Positions 26,686 through 39,675 of a stretch of 64,000 nt of DNA are shown in pieces. The notes beneath the pieces were generated by a model. That model was not told the origin of the DNA and made no database searches. It worked only from the letters and a program-made list of their open reading frames with translations. Position numbers and translations under genes: made by a program. Where the stretch lies: the NCBI GenBank assembly GCA_051294905.1, contig CM119372.1, positions 34,412,001 through 34,476,000 of the forward strand, written 5' to 3'. Origin of the DNA: Botryllus schlosseri. Taxonomy: Eukaryota. The first letter of the stretch is position 1. Each line of letters starts with the position of its first letter.

Positions 26686-29600
26686 GGATTCTGTTCGTTC
26701 ACGAGGAGGGCACGGAGCAAGGTCTTTCACAGATACCGTACTTTCACGACCGTCTCGGCGCTTTACAAGAGCATACTTTGGATTTACTTCAATGAGTTCG
26801 ACAGATTCGCAGAGAGGATCGCTTTTATTTCGGACAAATTTCCTCAGGAGCGCATTTTTGCTGGTTATCATCCAATCTGGAATAGATTGGCCGTGCATCG
26901 ATCGACGACAAAATGAAAAGAAACGTTCATGCGGAGTCACTCCGGTGGCAGTACATAATAATGACCTTATAGAGTGTAAGGCGTCTGCTAACACCACTTC
27001 CCAAGCGCTCTCTGGCAATTTGTGAGATGCGAGTAAAAGTTTAATTGACCTCCATATCGTCTGATTAGCCCGCTCACATTGACTGTTACCCGTAGGGTGA
27101 TAAGGAGTGGTACGGTACGACTGGTCGCAACACCCTTTCGGATCAAAAACTCGTGGACATCTTTAGAGAGAAAAGACTTTCCCCTGTCACTATGTACATA
27201 GCCAGGTAATCCAAACAAAGCGAACAATGACGATAAACAGCTAATAACAGTCTGCGACGTCATATCGGCGCATGGGAAGACGAAAGGAAAACGACTGAAT
27301 TCGTCGATTACAACAAGCAAGTAAGGTCGCTTTCCAGCGACTGGTCCCTTGAAATCTATACTCACGCGATCCCATGCCCTAATAGCTTTGACGAGAGTAT
27401 AAGCTTCTGGTCTGTAAAATCGAGGTTTAATTTCAGCACGTTCTGGGCAATCTCGGCACTCCTTCTTTATTTCTTCTGTGGAAAAAGGTAAACATTTAGC
27501 TCGAACGAAGTGCATCATCCGTCGCACTCCTGGGTGCGACAGTGTTACGTGAATATTCCGTAAGCTCGATCCTGTAAAGGCACAAACTCTCGACATCGAA
27601 TCGGCGGCTACGTTGTCTTTACCTGGTCGATGTTTGATGCGGTATTTGAATGCACTCAATTCGAGTTTCCACAAGGACAATTTTGTATTCTTTATCTTAC
27701 TGCGATGAGATTTCGCGAATATGAAGGACAGTGCCTTTTGATCCGTGATCAAGGTAAACGGCTTTATATGAAGTAAATATCCCCACTTACGTACTGCCTC
27801 AATAATGGCAGCTGCTTCTTTTTCTACGGCAGCGTACCTCTTCTCATGCTTGTTCAGCGTTCTGTGCGCAAACGCTACCGGTCTCCCTCTTTGGCTGAGT
27901 ATTGCAGCAATGGCGAATTCAGAAGCATCGCACTCGATGGTAAATTCTTCATCCTCCAGAATACAACCGAGACTTGACCGTAGGAGATCGTTCTTCAATT
28001 GCCGAAATGCCATCAAGGCTTCACTGCTTAAGGGAAATGTCAAATCGTTGTTACATAGCGGACCAATTTTACCGGAAAAATTCGATATCCACTTCGAGTA
28101 GTAAGAAAACATTCCCAGACAACGTTTCAAACTTTTTCCGTCAGAAGGCGCAGGTAAGTCAACTAGAGGCTTCAAATGAGCAGGATCAGGCTTTATGGAG
28201 TCGTGAGCGACGAGGTGTCCCAAAATGGACAATTCCTTAACACAGAACTTGCACTTGTTAACATTCAGAGTTAGATCACAAACCTTCGCGGCGGTTATAA
28301 AAGCTTCCAAACGTTCATCATACTGTTGCTTTGTATCGCCATAAATGGTAATGTCGTCTAGATAAGCGACAGTGCCTTTCAGTCCGTTGCCTTCTATAAA
28401 TCTGTCAATAAAGCGTTGAAACGCAGCAACTCCATTAGTGACTCCAAAGGGAAGCCTGCAAAATTTATATAGACGACCGCAAGCTTCGAATGCAGTAAAA
28501 GGCTTATCATTACTTCCAAGAGGTACCTGATGGTAAGCGGACTTCAAATCTATCGCACTGTACCAATTACCTCGAGCTACTTCATTTACAACGTTTTCAA
28601 TCTTCGGAAGCGGATACGCATCTGGCGGAGTATAGCGGTTGATTGTTTGAGAGTAATCAACGACCAATCTCTTCTTGTGTCTGGAGTCCTTTACCACCAA
28701 TACCTGAGCTCTCCACGGAGACGAGGAAGGTTCAATCACTCCAGATTCCAAAAGTTTTGAGACTTCGTCACGTATAAACACCTTGTCATCATTACTGTAG
28801 TTTCTGGACTTGGTAGCCAAGGGCTGCACGTTTCCACCTACAAACCGAAAAATACACGGCGTCTCAACCACTTTAGCAGCTATCACATTACAGGCATCAG
28901 AAGCTGCTGCTGTATCAGCGCTCCCGTCAACGCTCTCATTTGTGACCATCCCATCGCCACCGCCACTTGCTCTGCCGCTGTTGATGGTTAGATCTCCATC
29001 GCCACTGAATTCAAAAACAACTCTTTTATGCTTTGCGAAGAAATTATGGCCTAGAACCAAATCGCAACAAAGATCGTCGAGAACGCCGAACCGAACAGAC
29101 TTATATATTCGATTGCCCAAATCCACAGGAACACAAACGAAACCGTTGACTTCGGCGGCGAATTATCCTGAAGCGAGTTTGATCATGGTTTGCAGTCCTC
29201 TGCCTTTCAACCCAAGCGAAGCGGCTACTTTAGAATCCATGTAATTTTCCAAAGCTCCGGAATCCAGTAAGGCACGCAACTTTGCTTTACGAATGTAAGC
29301 GGGCACAGTAGGCTAGTGTTGGACAGCGAGGAACAGCTATTAGATGCTGATCGCAATCCAGAAATGAACGCATCGCGTACAGATTCTTCCAAATGCGTTT
29401 CTGCGGTAACCGGCTTGAACTCGCATTTCTTGCCCAATGTTAACAATTCTTGTGCAAATTCAGATACGCTCTCACTCGTCATTTGTTTTCTGGTCGAGAG
29501 GTTATGACGAGCGTAAATAGTATTGTTCTTCTTGACATACATCTTCTTCAATTTCTCCATTGCTTCAAGGTAGTTCTCCTTATCTTCGATATACGAAAAT

Positions 29601-29832
29601 ATCTCAGCAGACATGTATCCACCCAAAATAGCGATCTTATTGATGGCGGAAAGTGGGGTGAATCTGACCCACTCCCAGACGATGCGGAGCCGGCATTTCT
29701 TGATTGCTCAACGGCTTCAATATAGCTCTCCAACATACGCTTCCAATGGTTGAAAACCTTCTGCGAATCCACCGCACGTGGTAACACTTCCAACACTGGT
29801 ACGCGGATTAGCTTCTCGTTGTAAGCAGCCAT
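26686..29832 (-). pseudogene. gag-pol: Outer element gag-pol, frameshifted, with an apparent internal gag deletion near 29330
   Basis: Gag remnants 29225-29832; protease LLDSGA near 29265; ORF 26988-29126 with RT YLDD, RNase H (CDAS, EKEA, TDQK) and integrase (HPG, DFKGP, HSDRG). Confidence 0.9.
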
Positions 29833-32691
29833 GTCTTTTACGGAAAAGACAACAACGTTCGTTTAGTTAATAAAATTGTACTGAAAACGTACTACGACCT
29901 CAACGCAAGTTTGGTTTTTATTAACTAAATGATGACTCAAGCAACTAAACGCGGCACACAAAACACTCAATATATATAGGTAAGGTAAGATGCGGGTAAT
30001 CAACACAAATGCGGGTAATCAACACAGTTGGTGAGATCACGAAGAAACAATAATCACCACAGTATGTCTTACGCCAAGTTTGAATACGTATTCCAGTCTT
30101 TAAGATTTTTGACAAATTTCCCCAAACTTGTTTGAAAATAGCAAAAAAACATTGGACAGGACATCAATTTGCTTCAAGGTCGGTTGCACTGAGACTAATC
30201 CTAATGCTGGTAGTGACTACAGAGAACAAGGCGTCGTTCTGTACTACCATGCCCAATTTGATCAGTTTTGGAATTGAATTAAATTGTGTTGATATAGGGT
30301 AGCTTAATTGAGTGTGAAACCGAGCAACCTATATTGCATCCAAGTTTGTCTTACGCAGTGCAGTTCGCCAGCTATTAACAACAGCTACCCAGCGCAACGA
30401 GCTTTAGGCTACTGCCAAAGCTATGAAGTAATGAATGACTTACACGTGGGAATTCCTCTAAATCTTCAACAAATATCAAAAATTTGCTTGAATGAAGTTG
30501 AACGCGACGACTGCTGGAGTTTGAATTTGGCGAGCTTTCTTGAATCCGAAATAAGTTTCATCTTCAACAATCGTCTTCTGAAAATGGTAGCGAAACACAT
30601 GTTTAGTCAGAATTCATACAGACTTAGTCAATTTCTCGCGTTCCCCAGGTTGAGAACCACTGATATTATGTATTGAAGCAAAAGGTTCCTCATTTGAGGT
30701 GGCATGTGTGCCAAACAAATCCAGCAGTGGATGGAAACATCTCTATTCTATGCTATGGCCCAAAAATGACATGAACATGCCAACAGTTTTAACTAATCCG
30801 CGAGTATGTGGTGTCACAGGTCAGTATATAGGTCGACTAACATCCCTAAATAGAACAGAGAATGCGGCGATGAAGTATTTCAATCATGAAATCAAAGTCA
30901 TCCCGGTGGTGTGCACAGTCGTAGATATTCACGGTAACGAATACTATGTAGTACTGTACCTTTTACGATGCGTATCCCAATCAGCATTCCTAGGAATCTT
31001 CAACGTTCGTGTCCACTTTCTTCAAGCCAACAAGCTTCGCTTCACCCGTTGCTCAGACCTCAATAATGGCCAGGCGACGATACGACGACACTCTAACGAT
31101 TTCGAAATAAGTGGTATTCATCCGCTGACATGCGACCAATAATATTTACTGGCCACTGCGTTATAATGGTTGATTCAGGTCGTTTTTTTCATACAGAAAC
31201 ATTTTTCATTATATCTAGTTCCTTTCTTTGTCATCTAATTGCGTATAAATTGATTTTTATTCCATGTGTTGTCACTACTTACCGTACTTACTTAACCAGA
31301 CGCTGCTTGTGATGTCACAATTGTGCATTGGTTGTTTACTACAAATCTCAGAAAAAGCAGTAACGCGTAACGGTAACCTTTTACAGGTCGCCTTGTTCGC
31401 CATCAACGAATGGTCAACTTAGCATGCGGCGCTAATATTTCTAGTTTCCTGAACAATATTATACATCCTAAACTGATATTCTAACTCATCAGTCCTATCC
31501 GTGACAACGAATGTAACCAGCGAGACCGGCCGTATAGGCATAGCCTTATAATATAATATATTGGCTATCTACGATTGTCAGTTGTTTCTTTTACCCTACT
31601 ATGTACTATTGTACTATACTGAAATTGGTACTAGGGCCAACAATTTCCGTATGACAGACCCCAGTCTCGTGATCGAGGTTGAATCAGGTCAAATCACCAC
31701 GAGAATGATATCAGTATCATTCATTTCCACGTATACATTGGCTGCAGAGATTTTCAGGCTAATGAATTTTGCCAATAGCCTGGTAAACTTCAGAAACGAG
31801 TAACTGTCAGTAATTTTGCGAAGAAATTCTGGTAACTTGACTTTAGAGCTAAATTGAGGTAATAATACATATCAAAATGTGAAATTACAAGCTACGAACA
31901 GTTATTGGCAGCTACCGGTAATTCGTTGCAAAATTTACAGAGATTTTCCAGTAAATCCACCAGATTTTTTACAGTGTAGTATCCGATGCAACTTTATCCG
32001 TATCGTTCATCGTCTTATTATCTAGGGTGCCTCGTAATACGAAGCGACACACCATCACATTTTCGGAAAAAGGTATTGGATTGAGAACGGTTATACAACC
32101 ACTGTTATATATATCGAGTTGATATCCAACTTCGAAAGAAATGTTGGTCTCGGCCATTAGAGGTATGTATCGTGATCTGACAACGCAGTAGGAGGGCGTC
32201 TGAGGATTAGAATGTGCTTCAGCTAAACTGACAACGGCAGGGGGCTAGATGCAGCCGTTCAGTTTATTTCATATCCAAGTATAGCTATGGCAGTGAAGCT
32301 ATTCAAATAATGCGCCTTAAGCTAGATACCACATCTTTTGAATTTCGACTGAATATATCTGGGTTAACAGGGAAAGTGCCAGTCTTCGGTTTATCGGTAT
32401 CGGACAAAATCAGATAACTGTAGGGCTTGAAAAATTTGTTTTACCACTAGTGGTCGGAAAAAAGTATATATCGCTACGTATTCGAACGGTTACGCCGTTA
32501 TATCTCATTGTTATTTGACGAGGGCCTAGCTGTCTACTATTCGATATAATACGTTGATTTGTTTATTCATATACGTCTCAGAATATAATAAGGGAATGGT
32601 GATGTGACATATTAAAAGCGTTAAGCGTTATATTAACCGACAGTTCAACACCAATCTGACTCCTTGGTATATACGTCACAATGTGCTACGT

Positions 32692-33491
32692 CAGTGGTTC
32701 TTAACCTTTTTATCGTCGTGGACCCCTTTGAACCGATACGGACCCCTCACACAGTTTTAGTTTGAATTTTGTCCAATATTCGTGCAACCGTCATCTGTCT
32801 TGCGTAAATATTAACTATTGAATGCTGATAAACAGCAACAAATTGACCATTCTGGAAAAGGGCATCATATTATTTACTTAGAAATTACGAAGACTTAGTA
32901 TTTCAAAGCAAATTCTGTAGCTGCATTTCTTGATATACGCGGTCGTGTCTTGAAAAGCCACGTCGTCGATTTTATGTGAAGGAGTGCCGAAAATTCCTTT
33001 CCACAAAGATAGGTGGGGCGAATATAGTAATAACGCGTAACGCTTCTGACGACACCATTGGGTGTGATCGCAACATATATGGCAGCGTAATTGAGAAACA
33101 GATCTTTAATGAACATATAAAGTTCTGCCTAGTAAATTCTATTCAGCAACTCATCTTGAAGTTTTTCTGGAATCGTGATTTATCACAGGGGAAAATGGAT
33201 TTTTACAAACAATTTTTTTCGAAAACGCCAACATCTCTAAACAAAAATATGTTTGTTTATCAGTAGCTCATTGGCAATTTGGCAATTATAATGAGTTGAC
33301 ACAGTAGAATAGGCCATTTCATCTGTGATGGCGGCCGGTTCTGTTTATGCGAGATCGGAAGTTTTAGCAGTTATGAAGCGATTTCTTCAATTTACAAAAA
33401 AATACAAATCAGGCTATTTACCATTTTGCAAATTTGGAGGTTTCGCAGACCCCTTGAAAATGCTTCGCGGACACCCAGTTGAGAAACACTG
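32692..33491. mobile_element. hAT (Charlie/Buster-type) MITE
   Basis: CAGTGGTTCTTAAC...GTTGAGAAACACTG termini; 8-bp flanks TGCTACGT / TCCTACGT. Confidence 0.75.
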
Positions 33492-36400
33492 TCCTACGTC
33501 AATGCGATTATCAAGATACTATGTGCCAGTGTTAGAAGTACTCGAGTCAACTCTTTCAGATGACTTGACTTGACTCGATTCACTTTGCAAAACTGACTTA
33601 ACTTGGCTTTTCTCGGCATTTCAAAAATGTGGATAGACTCGTGACTCCAAGCAAAAGTAATAATCCATGTCACTGTTACTGTAAGTATATACATGTCCTC
33701 GGCACGCTGATATGATCGGTGTGAGTCTTTCTACGATCGCGCAGCCTGCTTTTACTGAGCCTCTGTCGGTATATCATATATACATTGACAGCAAACGAAT
33801 TGATTAGAGCAGTGGATCTCAAACTGGGAGGGGGCGTGAAAGCGTCTGAAAGGGGGCGCGAAGCCGTCTGAGAGAAATGATGTTTCCTTAACTCGAAATA
33901 CGTTAAATTTGTGCTGATAATTCCAATTTTTTTTTAACAACGGCAATTATACTAAATATATTTAAATGCCATAGTTCATCATATACCGGTGCTTAATTTT
34001 GATTGATGCCGCATCACCTTCCACCGATCAGAAGAGGTCTCAGAAATAAGAATTACTGGGGAATGCCTGTAGCTGATAGCTGATGATTTTAGGGCATATC
34101 TATCAAGCATCCGTGAAGAGTGCGTAGAGAGCAACACAAAGCAATGGACGAATAAGATGCTTCCTTATAAGGTCATGTCTTATGCCATCTATAATATACT
34201 TATTGAATTTAACAAACGCAAATTTGAATCGAAGTGGGCTACAACGTTTAACTAGCCGCTCTCAGTATACTCAATTTGGACACATTTTGTAGTATGCCAC
34301 TCCCACGAAACGTATTTTATGACAGCCCAAAAGTACTCAATTGAATTATTCTCTTGCCGAACACCTATGACCCGTAGAGAAAAATTGTTTGTCCCATGTC
34401 AAGTTTGAATGGTATGCGGCCCATCCTCAACATTACCGGACCCCGACCTGACCTATCGATCTCGCCTTCCATTACATGCCACCCCATTTGTTGTCGCTTG
34501 CTTTTTTCTATACTATCTTCTTCTACTCATCATTTAGTGTGCATGCCTCCTCTTTATATCGCCTAGGCCAAGGTGGGTGTCTGATTCCATAGACTACTCC
34601 AAGTCGCTTCGACAGCACCTTCCTTTCTTTTCATTGTATCGCATTTTTGTGGTGTATTGAACTGATAAAAATTGCTAATAAACCAATGATGATGATGACA
34701 TTGGTTGTTTAGTTAGGTTATGATCAAGTAGGCTATACGTATGAGCTAAGCTCAAGTGAGATAATAGAAGGGATTGGACAACAAAATATCTAGAATCTAA
34801 ATATTGGATATTACGAGCTATACGATCACTGGCGTAGCCAGGGGGGGCGAAAGGGGCGGTCGCCCCCCCCAAATTTATTGAAAATTTTCGTAAAATCAAT
34901 AGATATTAGAGTATTTTGGGGCAAAAGTATATGCAACCTAAAATTTTTCTTCGCGTTTCGCGCGATTTGGTGTCCGTTCATGTCTTGATTTTGTTATCGG
35001 TATCACGAAAAAAATTTATTCCGAAAATACCCATTATTGAATTAACTGCATTCTCAATTATGAGAATACAACATGACCAGTAGATACACTAGTGTAGCCC
35101 GAGGTCGTTGGGTTGATTGAGTCTGTAGGAGTGTCAGTTCAGTATGGGGGTTGGGAACTGTTAACTCCGGCAACTACCGTTTCGGGACACACGAAGATAT
35201 ATAAAGTATGCTACATGCTACTCCGCAAAGTGCGCTCCCGAAATGATTGACCACCATAAATCCGACCCATGTATTCCGAAGCCTTCGATATAGATAAGCT
35301 ATAGTTGGCAACTGGCAGCTTCCATAGGGTATGTGTCTGTGTGCGTCTAAGAATCGTATGTATAAAGGGTAGTGATGAAATTGCCTATGGCAGGATGTAC
35401 GGTTCTGCGAGATGTTCCCACGGGAGAGCTCCCCTAAAGTCATAATCCCCCCAAAAAAAAAACAAAATAAAAATAAATTGTTTTTCTGGCTACGACCTTG
35501 CGTGTGCTCAATCTCTTGAGTGGTGACAGCTTTCTACGCAAGTCATGAAGTAACAGCAATAAATGACAACTGTCCCGCCCGGCGTCCACCCTCTACAACA
35601 GGGGCGGCCAACCCGTGGCTGCGAGAAGGTTTAGAGAGGCCCGCGGGTTAATTCTCGAAATTACTAGTATTATCAAAAAATAAATAACCAAAACCGAAAA
35701 ACTAAAACTTGATTAGCATGACCACGAAATTTGGGGTTTTGCCGACTAAAATATCAGTTCTGAGTTCCGACGCATTGGCGTAGCCAGGGGCCAGCCAGAT
35801 TTTTCGCAGATCGTCGTAGGCCTATATGACTAGATAATGTACAATATTTCGCGCGGCTAGGTTGGGGATCCACACCAAGTCTTCATATCATAATTGTCAT
35901 TGATTTTGATGCGTATTAATATAAGTATTGTTTTCAACGTTACCTATTATCCGGTACGCCCCTATCGGAAGACTAAAAAAGGTCATCAACATTCAAGTAG
36001 CCCGCGCAATGGTTCGTCAGTCTCATGTGGCCCTTTGGCCACCCTGCTCTAGAAAATCTAGTATTGCCGTGTGGTATGAACATATATAATACGATTGCAC
36101 ATGATTATTCTTGTGAAAACATGCAGCCAACTGAAAAGTTTATCGCGTTCCGCGCCATTTAGATACGGTTTATAATTATGGCTCCGTGTATTATCCGAAT
36201 GCCATATTTGAGAATTCTGTAAACAGTCAACACATTACATGCCATCAATCTATGCGTTAGGATTGCCAACATTCTGGTTATTCTTGGTAATATCTTTTGA
36301 TATGACGATAGGGGGCTCGAAATCTTTCACGATCATTAAAGGGGCGAGTTTGAAAACCACTGGATTAAAGCTTATGTTGTCATACTCGAGTATATCCATC

Positions 36401-36501
36401 CATAACAACGTATTTCTGTTATACAGACTGCTCAGTGTCCACCTTCTTGTACATATAGTATGATTTAAATCGGACCGATATAGTTTATTACATATTATAC
36501 T

Positions 36502-36786
36502 TCCATCCATCCATCCATCCATCCGTCCGTCCGTCCGTCCGTCCGTCCGTCCGTCCGTCCGTCCGTCCGCCCACCCGCCCGCCCCTCCCTCCCTCCCTCC
36601 CTCCCTCCCTCCCTCCCTCCGTCCGTCCGTCCGTCCCTCCCTCCGTCCGTCCCTCCCTCCCTCCCTCCCTCCCTCCCTCCCTCCCTCCCTCCCTCCCTCC
36701 CTCCCTCCCTCCCTCCCTCCCTCCCTCCCTCCCTCCCTCCCTCCCTCCCTCCCTCCCTCCCTCCCTCCGTCCATCCATCCATCCAT
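36502..36786. repeat. Compound tetranucleotide microsatellite (CCAT/CCGT/CCCT)
   Basis: Directly visible; followed by a 46-bp tandem duplication at 36790-36880. Confidence 0.95.
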
Positions 36787-37615
36787 TTTCCACCGTGTTC
36801 CCCACCTTTTGGATTTATGGTGTCAATTGGTGAATCCACCGTGTTCCCCACCTTTTGGATTTATGGTGTCAATTGGTGAACTTGATTACCCAGCATCTCT
36901 ACACTCTACATAAGATCTCGAAAAGGAATAGTAACAAACAACCCCTGAATAGTGACAATCATCATTGAAGTATACTTCATGACTTCACAGCCGCAGTAGT
37001 TATCATTGGCGGATATCAATTTCTATTTTGTAAATAGCACGGGTCGTTTAGAATTTTTGAATTTCCCGTAAGCTGGTACCGTAGCAATCATTCATAGTGT
37101 CGATTTTTTTAAAGTCGACCTTAGGTAAATATTTTGTGGAAACCGTACCATTGTTATATTAGATGTAAGAACTTCCTAAGCGCAGTGAATGACGGATTCA
37201 TTCGCATACACCAAGTCGTAAAAACTGGCAAATCCTATGATCTTCCACAAACACCATATTTTCGGAAAGCGGCAATAGCGAAGGAATTAGCCGACAATGG
37301 CTCTTGAATGCTGAAAAAATATGCTTAGTTACCATGTTTCGGATGACTTCCTAACTGTGTTGAAATAAATCTTTTTCTGGGAAATCGATCCGTAGCGGGT
37401 ACGTCAAAGTTATAGTTATATAGCAATACATGGTTTGCGCAGGCTCGATGACTCGCTGAGCATCGTCATTGTTTGAGCGCAGCCTCCTATTTGCAATGCC
37501 TTATTCATATGGATTATTGCATTGATATTATTCTCCGTGCATCGAAAATTGACATGTCTCTGACCATAAGCCAAGGAAGGCTTCCAACAAAAAGCAAATA
37601 TTAGTGACTTATATG

Positions 37616-38005
37616 TAGAGCCCGGCCGATAATGAATTTTTGGGCCGATACCAATAAAACCGATATCTAACATCTTCACTTCACCGATAACACCGATATA
37701 TTCAGCGGTTGTTCAAATAAGATGGAATCTACCTCAAAAGGCCCATTTTCAAATTTTCAGGGCATTTATTCCAACAGCTTTACATCCATTGTCATACTTA
37801 AACATGAAATAAACTAGAACGGTCGCATCTGGACACCTTGAAAGAGTAAAAGCTGAATGAAATATAACAATATTCCCAGTCTAGCGGTCAAGCTTTCTGA
37901 CTTTCGAGCATCATGTTGTGACGTCACAAAAATTGCCGATATTTTTCTCCTCTAATGGCCGATACCGATAATTCTGTCGAAGAAACGATCATCGGCCGGG
38001 CTCTA
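37616..38005. mobile_element. hAT MITE
   Basis: Perfect 15-bp TIR TAGAGCCCGGCCGAT / ATCGGCCGGGCTCTA; 8-bp flanks CTTATATG / CTTATAAG. Confidence 0.85.
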
Positions 38006-39675
38006 CTTATAAGGCGACTATCACAACTCGAACCTCGTCCGAATTGATTTTTTTCACATTACAAAGTCGCTTAGTAGTTTTCGTTTTAATCCTCCAAGCA
38101 ATGCAGCACCAACCGTGATGGCATTTGATTCGATTTGGCAACTTATTCAATCGAAGAGAAGAAATGATCCGAATTCTTTCCTTCATTCGCGCGGCGGCTT
38201 AGCATACTTACAAAACAATATTTATTTTAGAATTGCCACAATGAAAATCAGTCAATTGTTATTATCTAGTTCATTTTTTCGGTGTCCAAGTTGTTTCCTT
38301 AATTCAGTGTGAAGGCAGTCGGCAATCCTTTGATCAGTTTAGCGTGACACTGCTGCGGTTGAAGAACTAGTCGTATATCATCAAAGTTTAATCTAAGCTT
38401 CCCATGTGAGCATCTCCCAATATCAGTTTCACCAATAGCGATACAATCGAAATACACTATTCAAAAGTTTGAATACAAGCATAGTACAGTCCTTGTCATT
38501 CTTTTTCTACGACCTAGTGGTGCCCATTGGTGAGCAGAAATATGGTGGAGCGGTAATTTTCTCAAGCATGCTTGCACTTGCACATCTAAGATCAAAGATC
38601 GACGACAGGGGCCGGCAACTTTTTGTGTGCAGCGTGCCAAAATGTCAAAAAATATCAATATTTTACCAGCTTGCGTGCCAAACATTCAATTTATTAATAT
38701 TTAACGTTTCAAGCAAAGAATAGCACCAACCGTTGTTCTGAAGCTGGCAACGGCATCCGTCATGCCAGTGATTCTTGATTGGTCGCGAAGGGAATAAATT
38801 TTGGTCGCTACCGCACCTGACCTAACGCTTACATGTACGTGATAATTACATGATTTATTTTCAGTCGCGCAATGGGGCAATGATCAATCTTCTGTGGTTG
38901 ATTTGGTCGTTTCCAAGTCCACTGTGTTCGGTACCATATATAATAAGTGACAGGTCAATCAGTGTTGTTACGATGATCTGATCTGATGACGATGAAAATG
39001 TTCCGTCCACCCCTGTATCATTCAAGTCGGTTCGGTGTCATCGCATTAAGTCACATTCAAATCGGTTTGGTGTAGGTCTGACACTACGTTGGTATGCAAA
39101 GGTCGCGGTGAAGCGGTAAAGATTGCCGGTGCTCCAGATACAATGGAATCGCTGGCACACCAGACGAAACTAAAACAATAGCTCATTCCGGGAGACTTCC
39201 GCTGGACTATTTGGCGCTGGTCACTTCGGCGCCTTGACAGTGGACATATCAATGTCGAACGTTTTGGCCAGCATGTGGCGGTTATTTTGTTTCAAGGTGT
39301 TATCGCCGTAAATTATTTTAGCAACTTATACAACGCATGAGAGTCGCATGGTCGCATGTTGTCCGAAACTTTATGTCTAGGCCGTGTCTTCTCTGACGTA
39401 AAAATGCCCAGCGCCGGAGTGCCGGTTCATAAGTTGCGCTCCCGTAGGACTCCTAGACCAAAGCATCCACACGGTTTCAAACGATATTCGATTGACGTTC
39501 TTTCATAACTGCTAATACTGTTGACTCAATTCTGTACATTATGCATAGTTTTTGAAAACATTTTCTATATACAGATTTATTTATTGGGGGTTTCCACATC
39601 ATAATCCATACATCAGGTACCAAGTCATGGCGCGAATCGCGAACAAAAAATTCACGATAAGTGAAATGTCTATGG

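Larger units (their letters stand above)
21065..30061 (-). mobile_element. Outer Ty3/Gypsy LTR retrotransposon
   Basis: 185-bp TG...CA LTRs at 21065-21249 and 29877-30061 (about 6 mismatches). TSD GTATG (21060-21064 / 30062-30066). PPT AAGGAGGGGTGAT next to the 3' LTR. Order gag-PR-RT-RH-IN. Confidence 0.95.
19893..31976. mobile_element. Candidate CMC/EnSpm-like DNA transposon (~3.1 kb) enclosing the Gypsy nest
   Basis: CACTGTAAAAA at 19893 and TTTTTACAGTG ending at 31976, both flanked by TA, with subterminal GTAA(A)TTT-like motifs. The pairing of the two ends is inferred. Confidence 0.45.

Noticed and set aside
36250..36851. GGRE-repeat ORFs
   Set aside because: These are translations of the (GGGA/GGAC/GGAT)n microsatellite in all three frames.
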